From Camelus ferus (lineage: Eukaryota), in the NCBI RefSeq assembly GCF_009834535.1, contig NC_045696.1:4900001-4964000 (forward strand): a stretch of 64,000 nucleotides of DNA. Direction: 5' to 3'. Of this stretch, positions 12,989 to 26,874 are shown piece by piece (within the stretch, counting starts at the first letter, position 1; every line of letters starts with the position of its first letter). The notes below the pieces were generated by a model that saw nothing but the letters and a program-made list of their open reading frames with translations, searched no databases and was not told the DNA's origin. Position numbers and translations under genes: made by a program.

Positions 12989-15389
12989 ACACACGACCCT
13001 GCACAGGCACATTAGAACTAAAACAAAGCCTTCATGAGTATTTAACCGACTGTTTGTGAGGCACGCTGATTCGTTCTATCTACTCTACTTTATTTTTTAA
13101 AAGTAAAGTTACAGTCCGTGAAATTGATTTCACAACCCATTAATAGGTCATTCCCTACCACGTGAAAAACCATTACCCCATGATATTAAGTGGCCACAAT
13201 GTAGTGTCTATTTCATTCTTAATGGTTCCTGTTTTTCTACGTTCTCTCCCATAACCATCTGTCATCTGCATCAGACAGACTTTCCTTATGATTAATTTTC
13301 ACTGCGTTTCACCAGTAAGCCCAGGGTCTTCAATTCCAAGTGGGTCTATAACATAAAAGACAGGAAAAGCGCAATCATTGAGGATCCAAGTGTGGGGCTT
13401 TGTTCTTTCTTCACTTTCTTTTCCTTTTTGAACTTGTTGCCTTTTAATCAGCACCTACCTCAACCGGGACACATGATCAGCATGAAATATGAATTCCCTT
13501 TCAGCCTCAAAATCAGAGATCTCGGGGGACAGGAAATAGTGTTGATACACTTCTTCTAAGGATTAGTTAACCTGACACAGCAAGCAGACTCCACGACGTT
13601 CTTCTCCTTATGTTTCCTACAATCTACAAGGGGCCACTTTTGATCCCAGAAGTTCAAAATATGTCACCCACGGACAACCAACACCCCATCCAAGTCTCTT
13701 TCCCAGCAAAGGCGTCCTTCTCCAGCCAGTCAGCACCTCCCCAAAATGGGGGAGCTACCTTTGACCACGTCCCTTTGCCTCATCCTGGCATCCAGGCCGC
13801 TGCACTCAGGACTTCTGCACATTTTCTCTCTTTTTGTTTCGCAGCCCTGCTCTTCTCATCCACTGTGCTCCGTCCGAAATGCGCCCTCCACAGAAACCCT
13901 GCCTCCCAACACCCACGTCTACACAGCAGTTCTCCATCTGGATTCAACCATCTTGGCTTAATCCTCTTACAAGCACTTTTCACAGTGTATTTTTTTAACA
14001 TTTTTTTCACAGTTTATTAAAAAAAAAATTTTGGTCTATTTTCTAATTTTTTCTCTCTCTCCAACTAAAATACTTGCTCCTAGAGGTCAGGGGCCAAAAC
14101 TCTTTTTGTTCATCATATACATGAATAGATACAACTCAAGTTTTATAAGTTTCTTTGGCTCTTTAAAAAAATTCCTTGAAATAATATCTTTAAAAACAAA
14201 ATTCTGTCCTTTCCAAGGATTTAGTTTTTTAAAGAACTAGAAATCTAACTAGAGGAAAGATTAATGACAGACTCAAATATCTGCTCAAGAGCTGATCTGA
14301 TCATTAACAGCCTAAATGGGGTAATTAGGTATACAGTCGGAATGGAGCACCGAGGCTTAAATTAGCAGTGTATAATTGAGCCCTAATTTAACTGCAGGAG
14401 AATTCCACTGAGAGAATTTTATTTACATGAGGAAAATGTCTGAGTGAGATTGCTTTGGGAGAATTTAGACATCTATCTGCCAAATCACTCTGCAGATCAA
14501 GTCCAACCTCCTGCCCCATGTGCAGAGGTAACCTCACCCTTTCCGGCCAAGTGGGCTTCCAAGCAGCTCAAAGTCCAAGCTGGGGCTTCAGGAATTTTCT
14601 GTCTCTTAGATATCTTGATATTTTCATAAATATGGCAGGCCCCAATGGTAGTATGCCTTGTTGTACTGAGGCTATTTTTTTTTTTTTCGGGGAAAATTCA
14701 ATGTATATCATCAGGCACTTCATTCAGCATCATACCAGGTCAGGGAAGCATCAGGTAAGAAAGGCGAACATGCGATCACCTTGTATTTGGACAGGCTGCT
14801 GTCCTCTGGGGAAGGCAGCGCTAACACTGACACAACTGAGCAGACCGAAAGCGGGTAGCTGTGAAGTCGTGTGTCACAACATAGTTCAGGAAGACCGGGA
14901 GCTCCTCTAGATGATGGCGTAGGCACTGGGGTTAGGTGCTTGGAGGGGAAGGATTACAAAGACCAGGGTAAGTATTGAAAGCCTCTCCTTCTGGTTGTGA
15001 GCAGGCACATATGTGATTGGGTTGAAAACCAAGCAAAACGAAAGTCTGTCTTTTGACACATTTGCTCTCAACATAAATACTATTGGAGACTTGTCTCCTT
15101 CCCCTCTGCCATGCGGCTCATGTGAGTTTGGGCTACACCTGCTGCGTCCGGTCCATACGCTCACCACATACTGACACTTTCTTCAAAGTAAATTTCATCT
15201 GCACAAGTAGTGCACTTTTAGGGTATTCAAGTACAGGAGACTATGAAATGGAACATGTAATTCCCCCTTCCCTTCTCCTAATCCACTCATGGCTTTAGAA
15301 GCAAATACAGTTAACATTTTGGCAGGATATCTGTTCACATATATACGGAAATCCCCCCCACACACACACACGTGTGCACACATTCATTG

Positions 15390-15865
15390 TCTTTTGTGTA
15401 TGACATTATATAATGTTCTGTAATTACTGTATGTTATGTCTTGGAGATCTTTCCATGGAGTATCCTAGATTTAACTTACTTTTAAATGGCTACATAATAT
15501 GGATACACCCTAATTATTAATGTGTTCACCCTTGATTGGCAATTGGACTCGTTTTCAGTTTTTCATTTCTTAAACAATGCTGCAGTGGGCTACTTGTGCA
15601 TACATTGATCTGTGCACGTGTATGAATGTCCCCATCGGATAGGCTTTGAAGGGGACAGGCCAGATCAAAATGTATGCAATTCTTACATGTAAAATAGGCT
15701 CATAGATTACCCACCAAAGAGCAAAAGGCTTCACCAGTTTACACACTTACCAGTAGGTATTCACTTCCCCACACCCTAGTCAAGACTACATACTATCAAA
15801 TATTTTAATTTTTTCTAATTTTCTGTATGAAAAATAGCATTTTGTTTTAATCTGCATTGATTTGG
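15390..15865 (-). mobile_element. Old L1 (L1ME-like) fragment
   Basis: tcttggagatctttccatg...ttttaaatggctacataat...aacaatgctgcagtg...caccagtttacacacttaccag. Confidence 0.6.
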
Positions 15866-16789
15866 TAAAACTGTACATAAATTCTGATCATAAATCAATT
15901 AAAAATAATTTCATTTATGAAAAATTGACTTTTTTTTCAATTTCAAGCTGTCTAATCCTGGGATTTGATCTGCTTTGCTGTTTATCCAGGACTTCCATTA
16001 TTCCCTTTGGTAATGATTGGTAGTCTTCTTTAAATTCATTTTCTATATTACTAGCTGTTTATGCCTAGGTATTTAATATTTTTATTGACCTAGCAAGTTG
16101 GATATTTTACTATTATATTTTATTTCAGATTACAGCTATTCTAGTGTGCCTTTCTCTAGCAGAAACTTACATGAACATTCTTATTTAATCCCACAATATT
16201 CCCAAGATGGTACTATTGCTCCATTGTACAATAAGGAAACTGAGGCTCTGTTAGGCTCTATTTGTGTTCTTGGTTATACTGACAGGAAGACACGGAACTG
16301 AGATGTTTGCGTTATCCTTTTCTGAAGTCCTCCCCCCGCCCCCCCAGCACACCGGGTTTAGAGCTCCACGCCTCCTGGGCCTCTGCTCTCCGCTCTCTTG
16401 CTGTCTTTCTCTGGCCTCTTCCCTTACTCCCGCCCCAGGGGATTCCTGGGCATCGGTTCCCATAAGTGATTCCTCGACATCACAGCTTGATTCCCAAAGT
16501 TCTGTCTCCAGCTCCACTTCTGTCATCCACCCTAAGGACCCAGCATGTTCAGGGCTGAACTCCTGTCTCCCCCAAAACAGAGACATCCTCGCCCAAGCTC
16601 TCTGCTCCGTCAGTGCTGTCCTAACCCCAGGGGCCCTTCAGACTCAGTACTTGGAGCGCTTCTCTCCCCAGCCAGTTTTTGTTGCTCCTTCAGTGTAAAT
16701 ATGTTTCTGTGCAAGTCACTTTTGTTCCTACAGTTGTTCCTCTGCTCTGCCCAGGCCTTCCCGTCTCCCCTCTGGTGTGGCCCGGGCCA

Positions 16790-17025
16790 GAGAGCACAGT
16801 GGATAAGGGCCTGAGCTCTCAGCTTAAACACCAGGATGTCGTCCTGGCCTGGATGCGTCTACTTGTGTGAACATACGCAGTCGCTTAACCTCTGTTCCTC
16901 ACTTTTCTCGTCTGTAAAAATGGGAATAATAATAGTTCCTGCCTGTAGGTTGTTGTTAAGAACTAAATGGGTCAAAACGTATGGCATTTAGAGCAGTGGT
17001 GGCTCACAGTAAGCACAGAATACCT
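16790..17025 (+). mobile_element. MIR SINE
   Basis: MIR core cttaacctctgttcctcacttttctcgtctgtaaaaatgggaataataatagt...ggctcacagtaagcac. Confidence 0.85.
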
Positions 17026-17059
17026 ATCGGCTCTGATTAGGATTAGGATTAATAGCCAG

Positions 17060-17260
17060 ATGTCTCTGTGTCTACATCTCCTCTTGTTTTATAAGGACAA
17101 CCATGCCATTGGATTAGGGCGCACTCTACTCCGGGATGACCGCATCTTAACTAATGACATCTGCAGTGACCCTGTTTCCAAATAAGGTCACATTCTGAGG
17201 TCCTGGGGTTTAGAACTCAACTTACGATTCTTGGAGGGAACACAGTTCAACCCGTTAACA
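17060..17260 (-). mobile_element. MaLR LTR fragment (MLT1-like, 5' part)
   Basis: tataaggacaacc...attggattaggg...gaccctgtttccaaataaggtcacattctgaggtcctgggg...cacagttcaacccgttaaca. Confidence 0.85.
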
Positions 17261-18239
17261 ACTGGTGAGACATCTTACTGTGAGGGCCTACTCCTTTCTC
17301 TCTCGTATGTGAGGCTCTCCACATAATGTTTTAAAACCATAATTTTTATCAGGCCACTGAATTGCTCAAGAAGTATCCATGGCTCCTTCATGCCTACATC
17401 TAATTACGGATAGGCACCCACCCATCACATCACAGAATAGACGCAGCTCAGAACCACTGAAATGAGTTAAATTCCAGTCTACATCCAAATCAAGAGAAAC
17501 TGATGGCTTTAAAGTTTTATCATGGATTATCTATGTGTATATATATGTACATATCCTTATCTTTTATATGCATATATATCTTTTTCTAGTTCCACTTCTA
17601 TTTTAGTTACTGCTAATTTAACTTTCAAAATAAAAACATAAGATCCATTCAGAGGCTCACCTCATTTCTAGTGCCATATACTTAGAGCTTAGATTTCAAT
17701 CTTGTGTTCCTCTAATTTTTCAGAAACTGTTATGAAAACTGCTTAGGAGAAAGCACAGTTTCGTTACACAGCACGGATGTCGATTGGAGGTGGCAGGCAC
17801 AGCTGATAGGAGTCTCACTGTGTTGTGCTGCCATTTGGCATCTTATTAAAAGAACCGTCTGTTCTTTTAATTATTATTAACTCAGTTGAGATTGCAATAG
17901 CCAAAAAAAAGAGCCCAAAGATATGTTTCTGACTAATGAAAAATCAGATATGCTTTTAAAATCTTCCTGAAAATAATGTGGTCCTTATTGTAGATCTAAC
18001 AGCTCAGCTGTGCGGGAAAAAGCCAGAGAGCATAATGAAAGCATAATTAACATCAAAATCTTAAGCGTGCTCGTTTTTCATGTAAGAATACATTATAGCC
18101 ATTCCTGGGTGGGGGAGACTCTTTATGTGTTATACATACGGAGATTTCATGTTGAAATCTAAAAAGAAGAGTTTTAGCTTGCTTTCTTTTTACCCAGACT
18201 TAAGAAGAGACATTTTGTGTACAAGTCATGATAAAGTGT

Positions 18240-18860
18240 TTCATCCACCCATCTCTTTAACAAATATTTTCAAATAGCATAGCCAGGCACTGCTCTGTGT
18301 CATAGAGATGACAAATCAAGCTCCTGCTGTTCTAGTCGGAGGGGAGAAATGTTAAAGCAATCTCAGACGCATGCAGGGTAACTTCACACAGATGTAATAA
18401 AATCAAGTGCTCTGAGCATGAGTGACCATGATGTGGTTCGTGTGGGCTGACATTGCTGGAACATTGATTCAGGAACTGAGGTCAGAAGGATGGTGCCAGC
18501 CAGGGAAATATTGGGGTTCAGGGCCCTGCAGGTAGAGCGACTAAAAGAATAGAGTGTGGCCGGGGCAGGACGGAGGGAGAGAGCAGATGAAGGACTCTCA
18601 GAGAGAGAGATGGCCAAACCTGAACCACCGTGTCCACCATGAATAATTCGGTCTAGCGGGACTCCGTCAAGACACTGAAGGGTCTGCGTGGATGTTGAGT
18701 GGAGAATGGGCTGAAAAGGAGCAGGAGTGGAGACTGTTAGAAGGCGGGGATCCTCAGACCTCGGTGGTGCCACCAAGACCGAAGTGGACCATTCAGGCTG
18801 TATTGTAGAGATAGGAACTGAAGGATGTTCTGGGGACATCATATGAGGGTAGGAACGACT
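18240..18860 (-). mobile_element. L2 LINE fragments
   Basis: caaatattt...gccaggcactgctct and purine-rich L2 body motifs (gagactgttagaagg, gaagtggaccattcagg). Confidence 0.55.
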
Positions 18861-19555
18861 CATTTGGAAAACTTCAGAATATGTGTCTTGGGTTCAGATG
18901 TTGACTAATACGCCAAGGAATGTTCTTACTCACACAGCTTCACGATGATGATGGAGGATGTCCCTGAGTCTTCATCTGCTCCCTCTCTCTGTCTGTCTAC
19001 GCTTTATCTCTCCACCTAGTTTCAACCCAGCTTCTTTCTACTGCAGAAGGGATTTCTGATGACATTGTCTACATGACCCTGTTCCCCCCACAGCCCCTCC
19101 CTGGGGTGTATGCAGCTACTCTTGGGGCCTTGTTTACATCTTTCCACACCGGGTAGTTCTCTGTTGCATGACACTGGCGTGGAGAGGGGTGCAGGGGCAA
19201 GTTGGGGAGTGCAGGGGCAAGTTCCCAGGGTCCCTGTCACCACAGAGTCAAGATGTTCTCCTGGCTTTGCTGTGCTCATTGTCCTGAGAATTCCACGTAT
19301 CTTGGGAGTTCAGGCTGAACCCAGAGACCCTAGGTCTTTGTTGTCCTCTCCTAATCAAAGGCTTCTATTCTTTGTCCTTATTTTAGATTTTAAAATGCTG
19401 ATCAGTTTGAGGATGGGTTTCAGGGAGAAATGAAGAGCTGGACAGAGATCATTGAAATTAGTACAGAAATTCAGTCAACTCCTTCTGCCTTCCTGTGAAT
19501 ATTTCAGAAGATGTTTAAGACAAACAAGGTTTACGTTTCTCTGAAACAACGTCTT

Positions 19556-19704
19556 TCTTAATCGATTTATTTTATTTTAGGGTTTTTTTTTTTTTTGGAG
19601 TAATTAGATTTATTTATTTATTTCGTGGAGGTACTAGGGATTGAACCCAGGACCCCATGCATTCTAACCACATGCTCTACCACTGAGCTATATACCCTCT
19701 CCTC
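19556..19704 (-). mobile_element. tRNA-derived SINE, Vic-1-like (camelid)
   Basis: Reverse complement reads ggagagggtatatagctcagtggtagagcatgtgg...ggtcctgggttcaatccctagtacctcc with A and B boxes and an AT-rich tail. Degenerate TSD ctgaaacaacgtctt / ctgaaacagcaggtctt. Confidence 0.85.
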
Positions 19705-21677
19705 CTGAAACAGCAGGTCTTAAGAGAGTCTTATTTAGCATGCTAAGTGGGTAAAAAGAAGTCAGATATTACAGGAGCAAAGTGAGTGATTAAATTAAAT
19801 GTGCCCCAAGACTGGAGCCCTGGCAGGGATGAGCAGTCCTGAGTGTAGGCGGCGGCTGCAACCCTGTGCTGTGCGTCTCTGGACACTTGTGAAAAATGGG
19901 GCACGGATGCTGTCACTCACATTCCACCACTGCTGATGGCCTGCCAATTCTCATGAAGATGCTCCATGTTAGAGAGGTGACAGGTGTTAATACAGTATGT
20001 TTTCTGTCCTTCTTTTCTGTCTATCACTCTGCACTTTAAAGGAACTGGCTATTACAGCATTATGTAAGTATGCAAAATATATGAAAGGAGAAAACTGTTT
20101 CAATTACAATATATACTGGTAAGAAATGCTTGGCATATGATGACATATGACAAGTGGTAAAGGTATTTTTAGTTTCTTTTGGAGGAAAGGATAAAGCAAA
20201 AATATCTAGAAAAAGCATTCACTTTTGCAGCTATTCTAATATTTAGCATATTTGTAGCCTATTTTAAAATAAGTAACTAAGTATAATTATTTAAAAAGTA
20301 AATTTATTACTTAAAGATATTTTATATACTTTAGTAATTAACTGGTGTTCTTTTGAAAAGCTTATGCTAGATCAGTATTTGTTTTATGATTTTTCAGTTA
20401 TTCATGTCTATTGAATTGTTTTTGTATTATGTAAGAATAATAAGCCATTTTTATCTTATCTGAGCATCTGATCTATAAATGGAATATAGTTCTTACAAGA
20501 AATAACAGGGCTGTAAGAACTGTGTTCACAACCTAAATAAATATCTGAGACCTAAAATTAATGAAGTCAAGACTCCTGGCAAATTCTGATGAAAATAAAC
20601 CAAAGAATGTTTCAAATGAACCTAAGGAAAACAAACAATAAAAGGAGGTGAATTTTTGGCAATTTAGTCTTTTCCCAAAGAGACAAAAATCACGTTATCT
20701 TTCCAGTAGAATTGCATCAGATGCAGGAATATTCCATAGGAAATTCCATAGGAAATAGGAAAAGTCTAACAGTGGCAGAAAGTATTTTGAGTTACCTACG
20801 ATGTAGGTGCTACAACTCACCTGGGCTGCTTTTATTTGATTTATCATCAAATTATAATTGAACAGTGAAAAATTACCTTTAGATATTTACATTTTCAAAG
20901 GAAAAATCCTCTTTATTCTTCTTCAAGTAACACTGGTATTTGATCTCTTAATGTTGGCCATTTCTGTACAACTAGAGATGTCCAGGCAAAAATCACAGGT
21001 CATAGTGAGCACATTGTGTCCTGCGCTGATATGAAGGAGAAACGGCTGAGTATGACTTTTTCTCCCCAAGGTGAAAATGTTGTCATCATTAATTGAGTAG
21101 TAATTAGGAAATATCAGGATTCTCTAAAACATTGAATATAGGCGGAATTGATCTTTATCTTAGAATATGGAGGTAGGTGTTGGTTATTACTGAGAAGATA
21201 AGACCATCTTTCCTGGAAGTTCGTGGAGTATTTTATTGCTTTATAATCTAACATTTTTGTGTTTTTATTGAAATACTTCAAATTGAGGCAAAAGTTTATA
21301 CTTACCTGAGGTAGGAACTTACAACTGGAAGTTAATATTCCTTTAATTTGTCACATTCTAAGAGAAAAGCGATGATCAAAGAAAATCTGCTAAATCAGCT
21401 ACATACCAATTATACGTCAGCTTTGTTGGTGTTAAATAAATCCATGACCTGAAAAATTAATTCATGAGATTGGGTTTTACAAGGATATGATTTATTGTGT
21501 AGCACACTTACTAAAACTCCTAATTTAGGATAGTTGAAAAATTAATATAGCTTGAATCCTTACTGAACACGTACACCTATTATTTGCCTTAGCGCGAGTT
21601 TCCTTCACATAAAGAAACACTCTGCAGTGACTTTGTTTATATCACTGGGTTGCTTTTGTTCTATTTTAATTGGGTAA

Positions 21678-21908
<231 letters not shown>

Positions 21909-23729
21909 TAATCAAAATTATAGAATTCATGACTAAAATGAAGCCTTTTTTTTCCCCAAAACATTTCAGCAATGTGAGATTTGTTAAAGCAATAAATACT
22001 GATATAATACAATATAATACAATGCAAAAATAGATATTCCAAATGAAGTAATTTTACATTTTGTAAAATTCTGAGTTCCTTTGACCCAATATGATTTCTA
22101 TTTTATTGACAATGCTTCCTTGTCCTATAATTTGTATCTTCTGTCACTGGCAACAGCAGCCAGCTTCACGATGCTTCAGACCACCCACAGCTCTGAGGGG
22201 GCAGAACGGAGGCACACAGAACACACCACCTGCTCTTCTATACTGTGTCTAACAGCAGCAGGGAGATTGTCCACATTTAAAGTTAAGGGAATATTCACAC
22301 CCTCTCACCCCCTTACAGGATTATTCTCAAGTGAAGGAAACCCCAGAGCAGTTTATTCCACTCTGATAAATACATCAGTTTTGTGCCCTTGTTAATGAGA
22401 CTTCGACGTTGAGAAAATACTGACCTTGCACACAGTCTCTGCAGTCTACTTGCTTTTGGCCCATCTGTGAACAAATCAGCAATCCATTCATACAGTGATG
22501 CATTAGCACTTCATGCAGCAGTTGAAAAGCATGACATGACCATCTCAGTACTAGAAATCAAGTGCAAAATATATGACCTTTGCCCTAAATTGATCCATGT
22601 GATGAATATCTATTTCAATTATAGTGATGTTTTGTGAGGAAGAAGTGATGGGAAGTTGTTAAACGTTGGGGCAGTTAAAACATTGCCCTCTGAACAGCCA
22701 CTTACTGCTCTTCATAGCGCTCTGCCTGGGTTCCTCCTCCCTATTTAAGTCTTTAAAACAGGCAACACCCACCTGTCTTTTAAGGTGTGGCACAACGTAA
22801 GTCAGAAGTAAGTGATTTACCCTCTGAGCCTGAAAGCGCTTTTTCTTTACCTGTTCTTTTTCAAGTCAAGTGTTACTTTATCCCTTGTGTTACAGTTACG
22901 TCTTGTTGGCTCTGTTAAGGGCAAGAGTACTCAGCAGTGAAAATATGCTCAGTTAAGAAAAAACTGTAGAGAAGATGAATTAGAAAGTGGATGGCATCTG
23001 CCATCTACTCTGCAGCAGCTTTAATGACAGCACAATGGTCTACTTGTTCAGAATAGCCAAGGAGAGGTCTTGCTTGCCTTGAAGGGGAGCTTCATGACAA
23101 TATTGAGACAAGAAAGGAGAAGGCTTCAGGGGGTGTGATGGAGCTGGATATAAGATTAATTTGGACTTCACGAAAGAAGCAAATAATCATTTCTCCATCC
23201 CAAAAAAAAAGTGAGCCAAGTGATGATAATCCGGGAGCTCATCCTTCTCTAAAGAGAAACCTGAAAAGAAAGAGAAAACCTTTAAAAAAAAAAAGTGAGA
23301 AACCCAGAAAGATAACCTTGTGTATCTCTACTCTAAATTAGTACTGGTTTTCAAATTTAACTCTCAGAGTTGGAAAGGAATATTTGCTTTTCTTAAACCT
23401 AGGGTTATTATTTATTTATTTACTTAAAAAATTTTAAGAATGATGTTCTCACTGATGTTTCAGAAAACACAGGCAGCAGGACTCATGACCACTGGGTCAC
23501 CATGGAAGTGGTGGGAGTCCAATAGCCTCGTGAGCATTTGTGAGGAGAAGTGAGGGGCATCAGAGCATAACCTAATGAGGGAGTATCACACACTTAGACA
23601 CAGCAGAAGAGGAGAGACAGAGTAAGACCGAACATCTGGGGTTGAAGGTGCACTTGATAGTTGCGAGGAGAAGGAAGCGGTCAATCACACGTAATCAAAA
23701 GGCTCCAAAAGAGATTCCATTGCATGTGA

Positions 23730-25528
23730 CACATAACTCTGATGGCTTCTGTCACAGAAGTCTTAATGAAGTAATTGAGGGAGGAGATAGTTCGTGCTGG
23801 AGGAATGAGACCGTAGAGCTGGAGGGCTAAGTAGGACTCTTACAGGGCTCACCCACTGAGACCTGCGAGAGGCCGTAATTTGAAAGGAACCTGGATGAGA
23901 CCCACTTGCTGATCTTGGAGACCCTCCTGCAGAGGCAGCAGGCACATGGGACTCCCCCTGGGGTACAGATGCTGGTGGCAGCAGACCTCATTCTACCACA
24001 CGGACACTAGTGCTGGCAAGTGCCATTTTAGAGTTCTCCCTTTTGCGTCTTACTGCTGGAAGCTTACCCCGCCCCCAAGGCTAGCAGCCAGCTGCATGAA
24101 GACCCAAACCCACCCACCAGGGGGGCAGCAGGCTCTGTACGAGGTAGGGCTTGCCAGCCAGCCAGGTTGCGGTCTGACCCTGCCTCCCAGTGCGCCCACA
24201 GCAGTCAGCCCCAGCACAGCAGAGGGCCCACGCAGCCCACACAGGGGAGGCCTCTTAGAGTATACAGCTCTGGTGACCAGAGGAGCATGCTGCTGGGACC
24301 CACAGGACGTCTCCTACATAAGGCCACTTTCCCAAGATCAGGAAATGTAACTGACCTACCTAACACATAGGAACAGAAACAGAGAATTAGGCAAAATGAA
24401 GCACCTGATGAATATATTGCAAACAAAAGTACAAGATAAAGTCCCAGAAAAAGAACTAAGTGAAGTGGGGGTAACAATCTACTAATAAGGAGCTAAAGAT
24501 AATGATCATAAAGATGCTCAGCAAACTCAAGAGCAGAATGGATGAGCCCCTAGGGAAGTCTAACAAAGAGCTAGAAAATGTGAAGAAGAGCCGAACAGGG
24601 CTAAAGAACACAGCACCCGAAATGACAACACACTGAAGGAATCAGCAGTAGATTAGATGATACAGGGGAACAGATCAGCGAACTGGGAGACAGTGGAAAT
24701 CACTCAAGCTAAGCTGAAAAAAGAAAAAAGAATTTAAAAATGAAGAGAGCTTAAGAGACCTCTGGGACAGCATCAAGCATACTAACTTTGTCATGATAGG
24801 GCTTCCAGGAGAAGAGAGAAAGAGGAAGACCATTTATTTGAAGGAATAATAGCTGAAAACGTCCCAATCTAGAGAAAGTAAACACATATCCAGGTCCAGG
24901 AAGCACAGAGAGTCCCAAACAAGATGAATCACAGAGCCACACCAAGACAGACTGCAATTAAAAGGGCAAAAATTAAAGATAAAGCAAGAATCTTCAACAT
25001 AGCTAGGGAAAGGGAACAGTTAAGTACAAAGAAACTCCCATAAGAATGTCAGCTGACTTTACAGCAGAAACTTTGCAGGCCAGAAAGGAGTGGAATGATA
25101 CATTTAAAGTGATGAAAGGAAAGAAACAAAGAATACTCTACGAAGGTGAGATAGAGAGGTTTACAGACAAGCAAAAGCTAAAAGATTTAAGGCACCACTA
25201 AACATATTTTACAAGGAATGAAAAAGGGATTTCTCTAAGCAAAAGAGAATAGACCACACCTGCAAATATGAAAATTATGAAAGAAGAAAACTCGTTTGTA
25301 AAGGCAAACGTACGGTAAAGGCAGTAGATCAACTACTTATCAAGCCAGTAAACAGGTTAAAAGATGAAAGCAACAAGGTCACTTATACCCACAATACGTG
25401 GCTGGGGATACAGAAAACAGAAAGATGTAAAAGATAAAGTCAAATATATTAAACAGGAGGAGGTAAAACTGCAAGGTTGTTAGAATGTGTTCCAACTTAA
25501 GAGATCGTCAACTTAAAATAATCATATG

Positions 25529-25559
<31 letters not shown>

Positions 25560-26870
25560 CATGATAACCACAAACTGAAATCTGTAATAGGTAAACAGAT
25601 AAAGAGAAAGCAAACCAAACATAACACTAAAGATAGTCATCAAATCACAAGGGAAGCAAGCATGAAAAGAAGAAAGGAACAAAAAAGAACAAAACAACCA
25701 GAAAACAGTGAACGAAATGGCAATAAATATATACCTATCAATAATTACTTTAAATGTAGATTGACCACCTCTAATCAAAAGACATTGAGTGGCCCAATGG
25801 ATAAGAAAAGACTCAGGTATATGCTGCCTGCAAGACTCACTTCAGACCTACAGGCACACACAGACTGAAAGGGAGGATATAAGCAAAACTGATAAACCTT
25901 TTGCCAGACTTATCAAAAAAAAAAAAAAGGGAGAGGGCCCAAATCAATAAAATCAGAAATGAAAAAGAAGTTACATGATAAGGGATTAATATCCAAAATA
26001 TACAAAAGCTAATACAATTCAACATCAAGAAAACAACTCAATTAAAAATGGGTGGAGGAACTGAATAGACAGTTTTCCAAAGAAGGTAATACAGATGGCC
26101 AACAGGCACATAAAAAGATGCTCAACACACTCGTCATCAGGAAAATGCAAATGAAAACCACAAAGAGATATCACTACACACCTACCTGTCAGAGTGGCTA
26201 TTATCAAAAAGACAAATGTTGGCAAGAATGTGGAAAATAGGAACTGTCATGCACTGAACAGCCACTGTAGAAAAGAGTATGGAGATTTTTCAAAGAATTT
26301 AAAATAGAACTGCCATATGATCCAGCATCTCCATGTCTGAGTATTTATCAGAAGAAAACAGAAACATTAATTTGAAAAGATATATGCGCCCCTATATTCA
26401 TTGCAACATTATTTCCACTAGCCAAGATATGAAAGCAACCTAAGTGTCCATCAATAGATGAATGGATAAAGAAGATGTGATATAAATATACAATGAAATA
26501 TTATTCAGCCATAAAAAGTGAAATCTTGCCATTTGTGACAACATGGATGGACATAGAGGGCATTATGCTAAATGAAAAAGTCAGACAAAGACAAATATTG
26601 TATGATTTCACTTATATGTGAAATCTAAAACAAGTGAATAACAAAACAACCAGATTCATCAGTACAGAAAATAAATGGGTGGCTGTCAGAGGGGAGGGAG
26701 GTCAGGGGATGAAAAGAAAAAAAAAAAGGTAACTATGTGAGATAGTGGATGCTAATTAGCTTGACTGTGGTGATCATTTCAAAATTTATATTTATATGAA
26801 GCCATCACATTGTACACCTTAAGTGCATATAATTTTTGCCAGTTATACCTCAATAAAGCTGAAAAACATT
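23730..26870 (+). mobile_element. Internally deleted L1 (L1MA9-like): 5'UTR, decayed ORF1, ORF2 start, ORF2 pieces and 3'UTR
   Basis: GC-rich 5'UTR; ORF1 remnants from about 24396; ORF2 N-terminus MAINIYLSIITLNV at 25717; ORF2 C-terminal remnant (EELNRQFSKE...HKKMLNTLVIRKMQMKTT); 3' end atacctcaataaagctgaaaaa. The 5' boundary is uncertain. Confidence 0.85.
25531..25559. repeat. (CA)n microsatellite within L1
   Basis: Direct inspection. Confidence 0.9.
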
Positions 26871-26874
26871 TAAA

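Noticed and set aside
13610..19433. Longer intronic ORFs (136, 151, 144, 159 and 107 aa)
   Set aside because: Low-information sequence with no recognisable domains; several overlap L2/MIR remnants. Consistent with chance ORFs.
19627..19700. tRNA gene
   Set aside because: The A and B boxes belong to a tRNA-derived SINE with a tail and TSD; no intact cloverleaf was evident.
20731..20757. 12-bp tandem repeat attccataggaa x2
   Set aside because: Ordinary slippage duplication with no array or spacer structure.
24114..24129. CTCF-like CCACCAGGGGGGCAG
   Set aside because: An extra G breaks the core spacing, and it lies within an L1 5'UTR.
23946..24477. Overlapping ORFs of 67-134 aa
   Set aside because: They lie in the GC-rich L1 5'UTR/ORF1 start and have no protein-like features.
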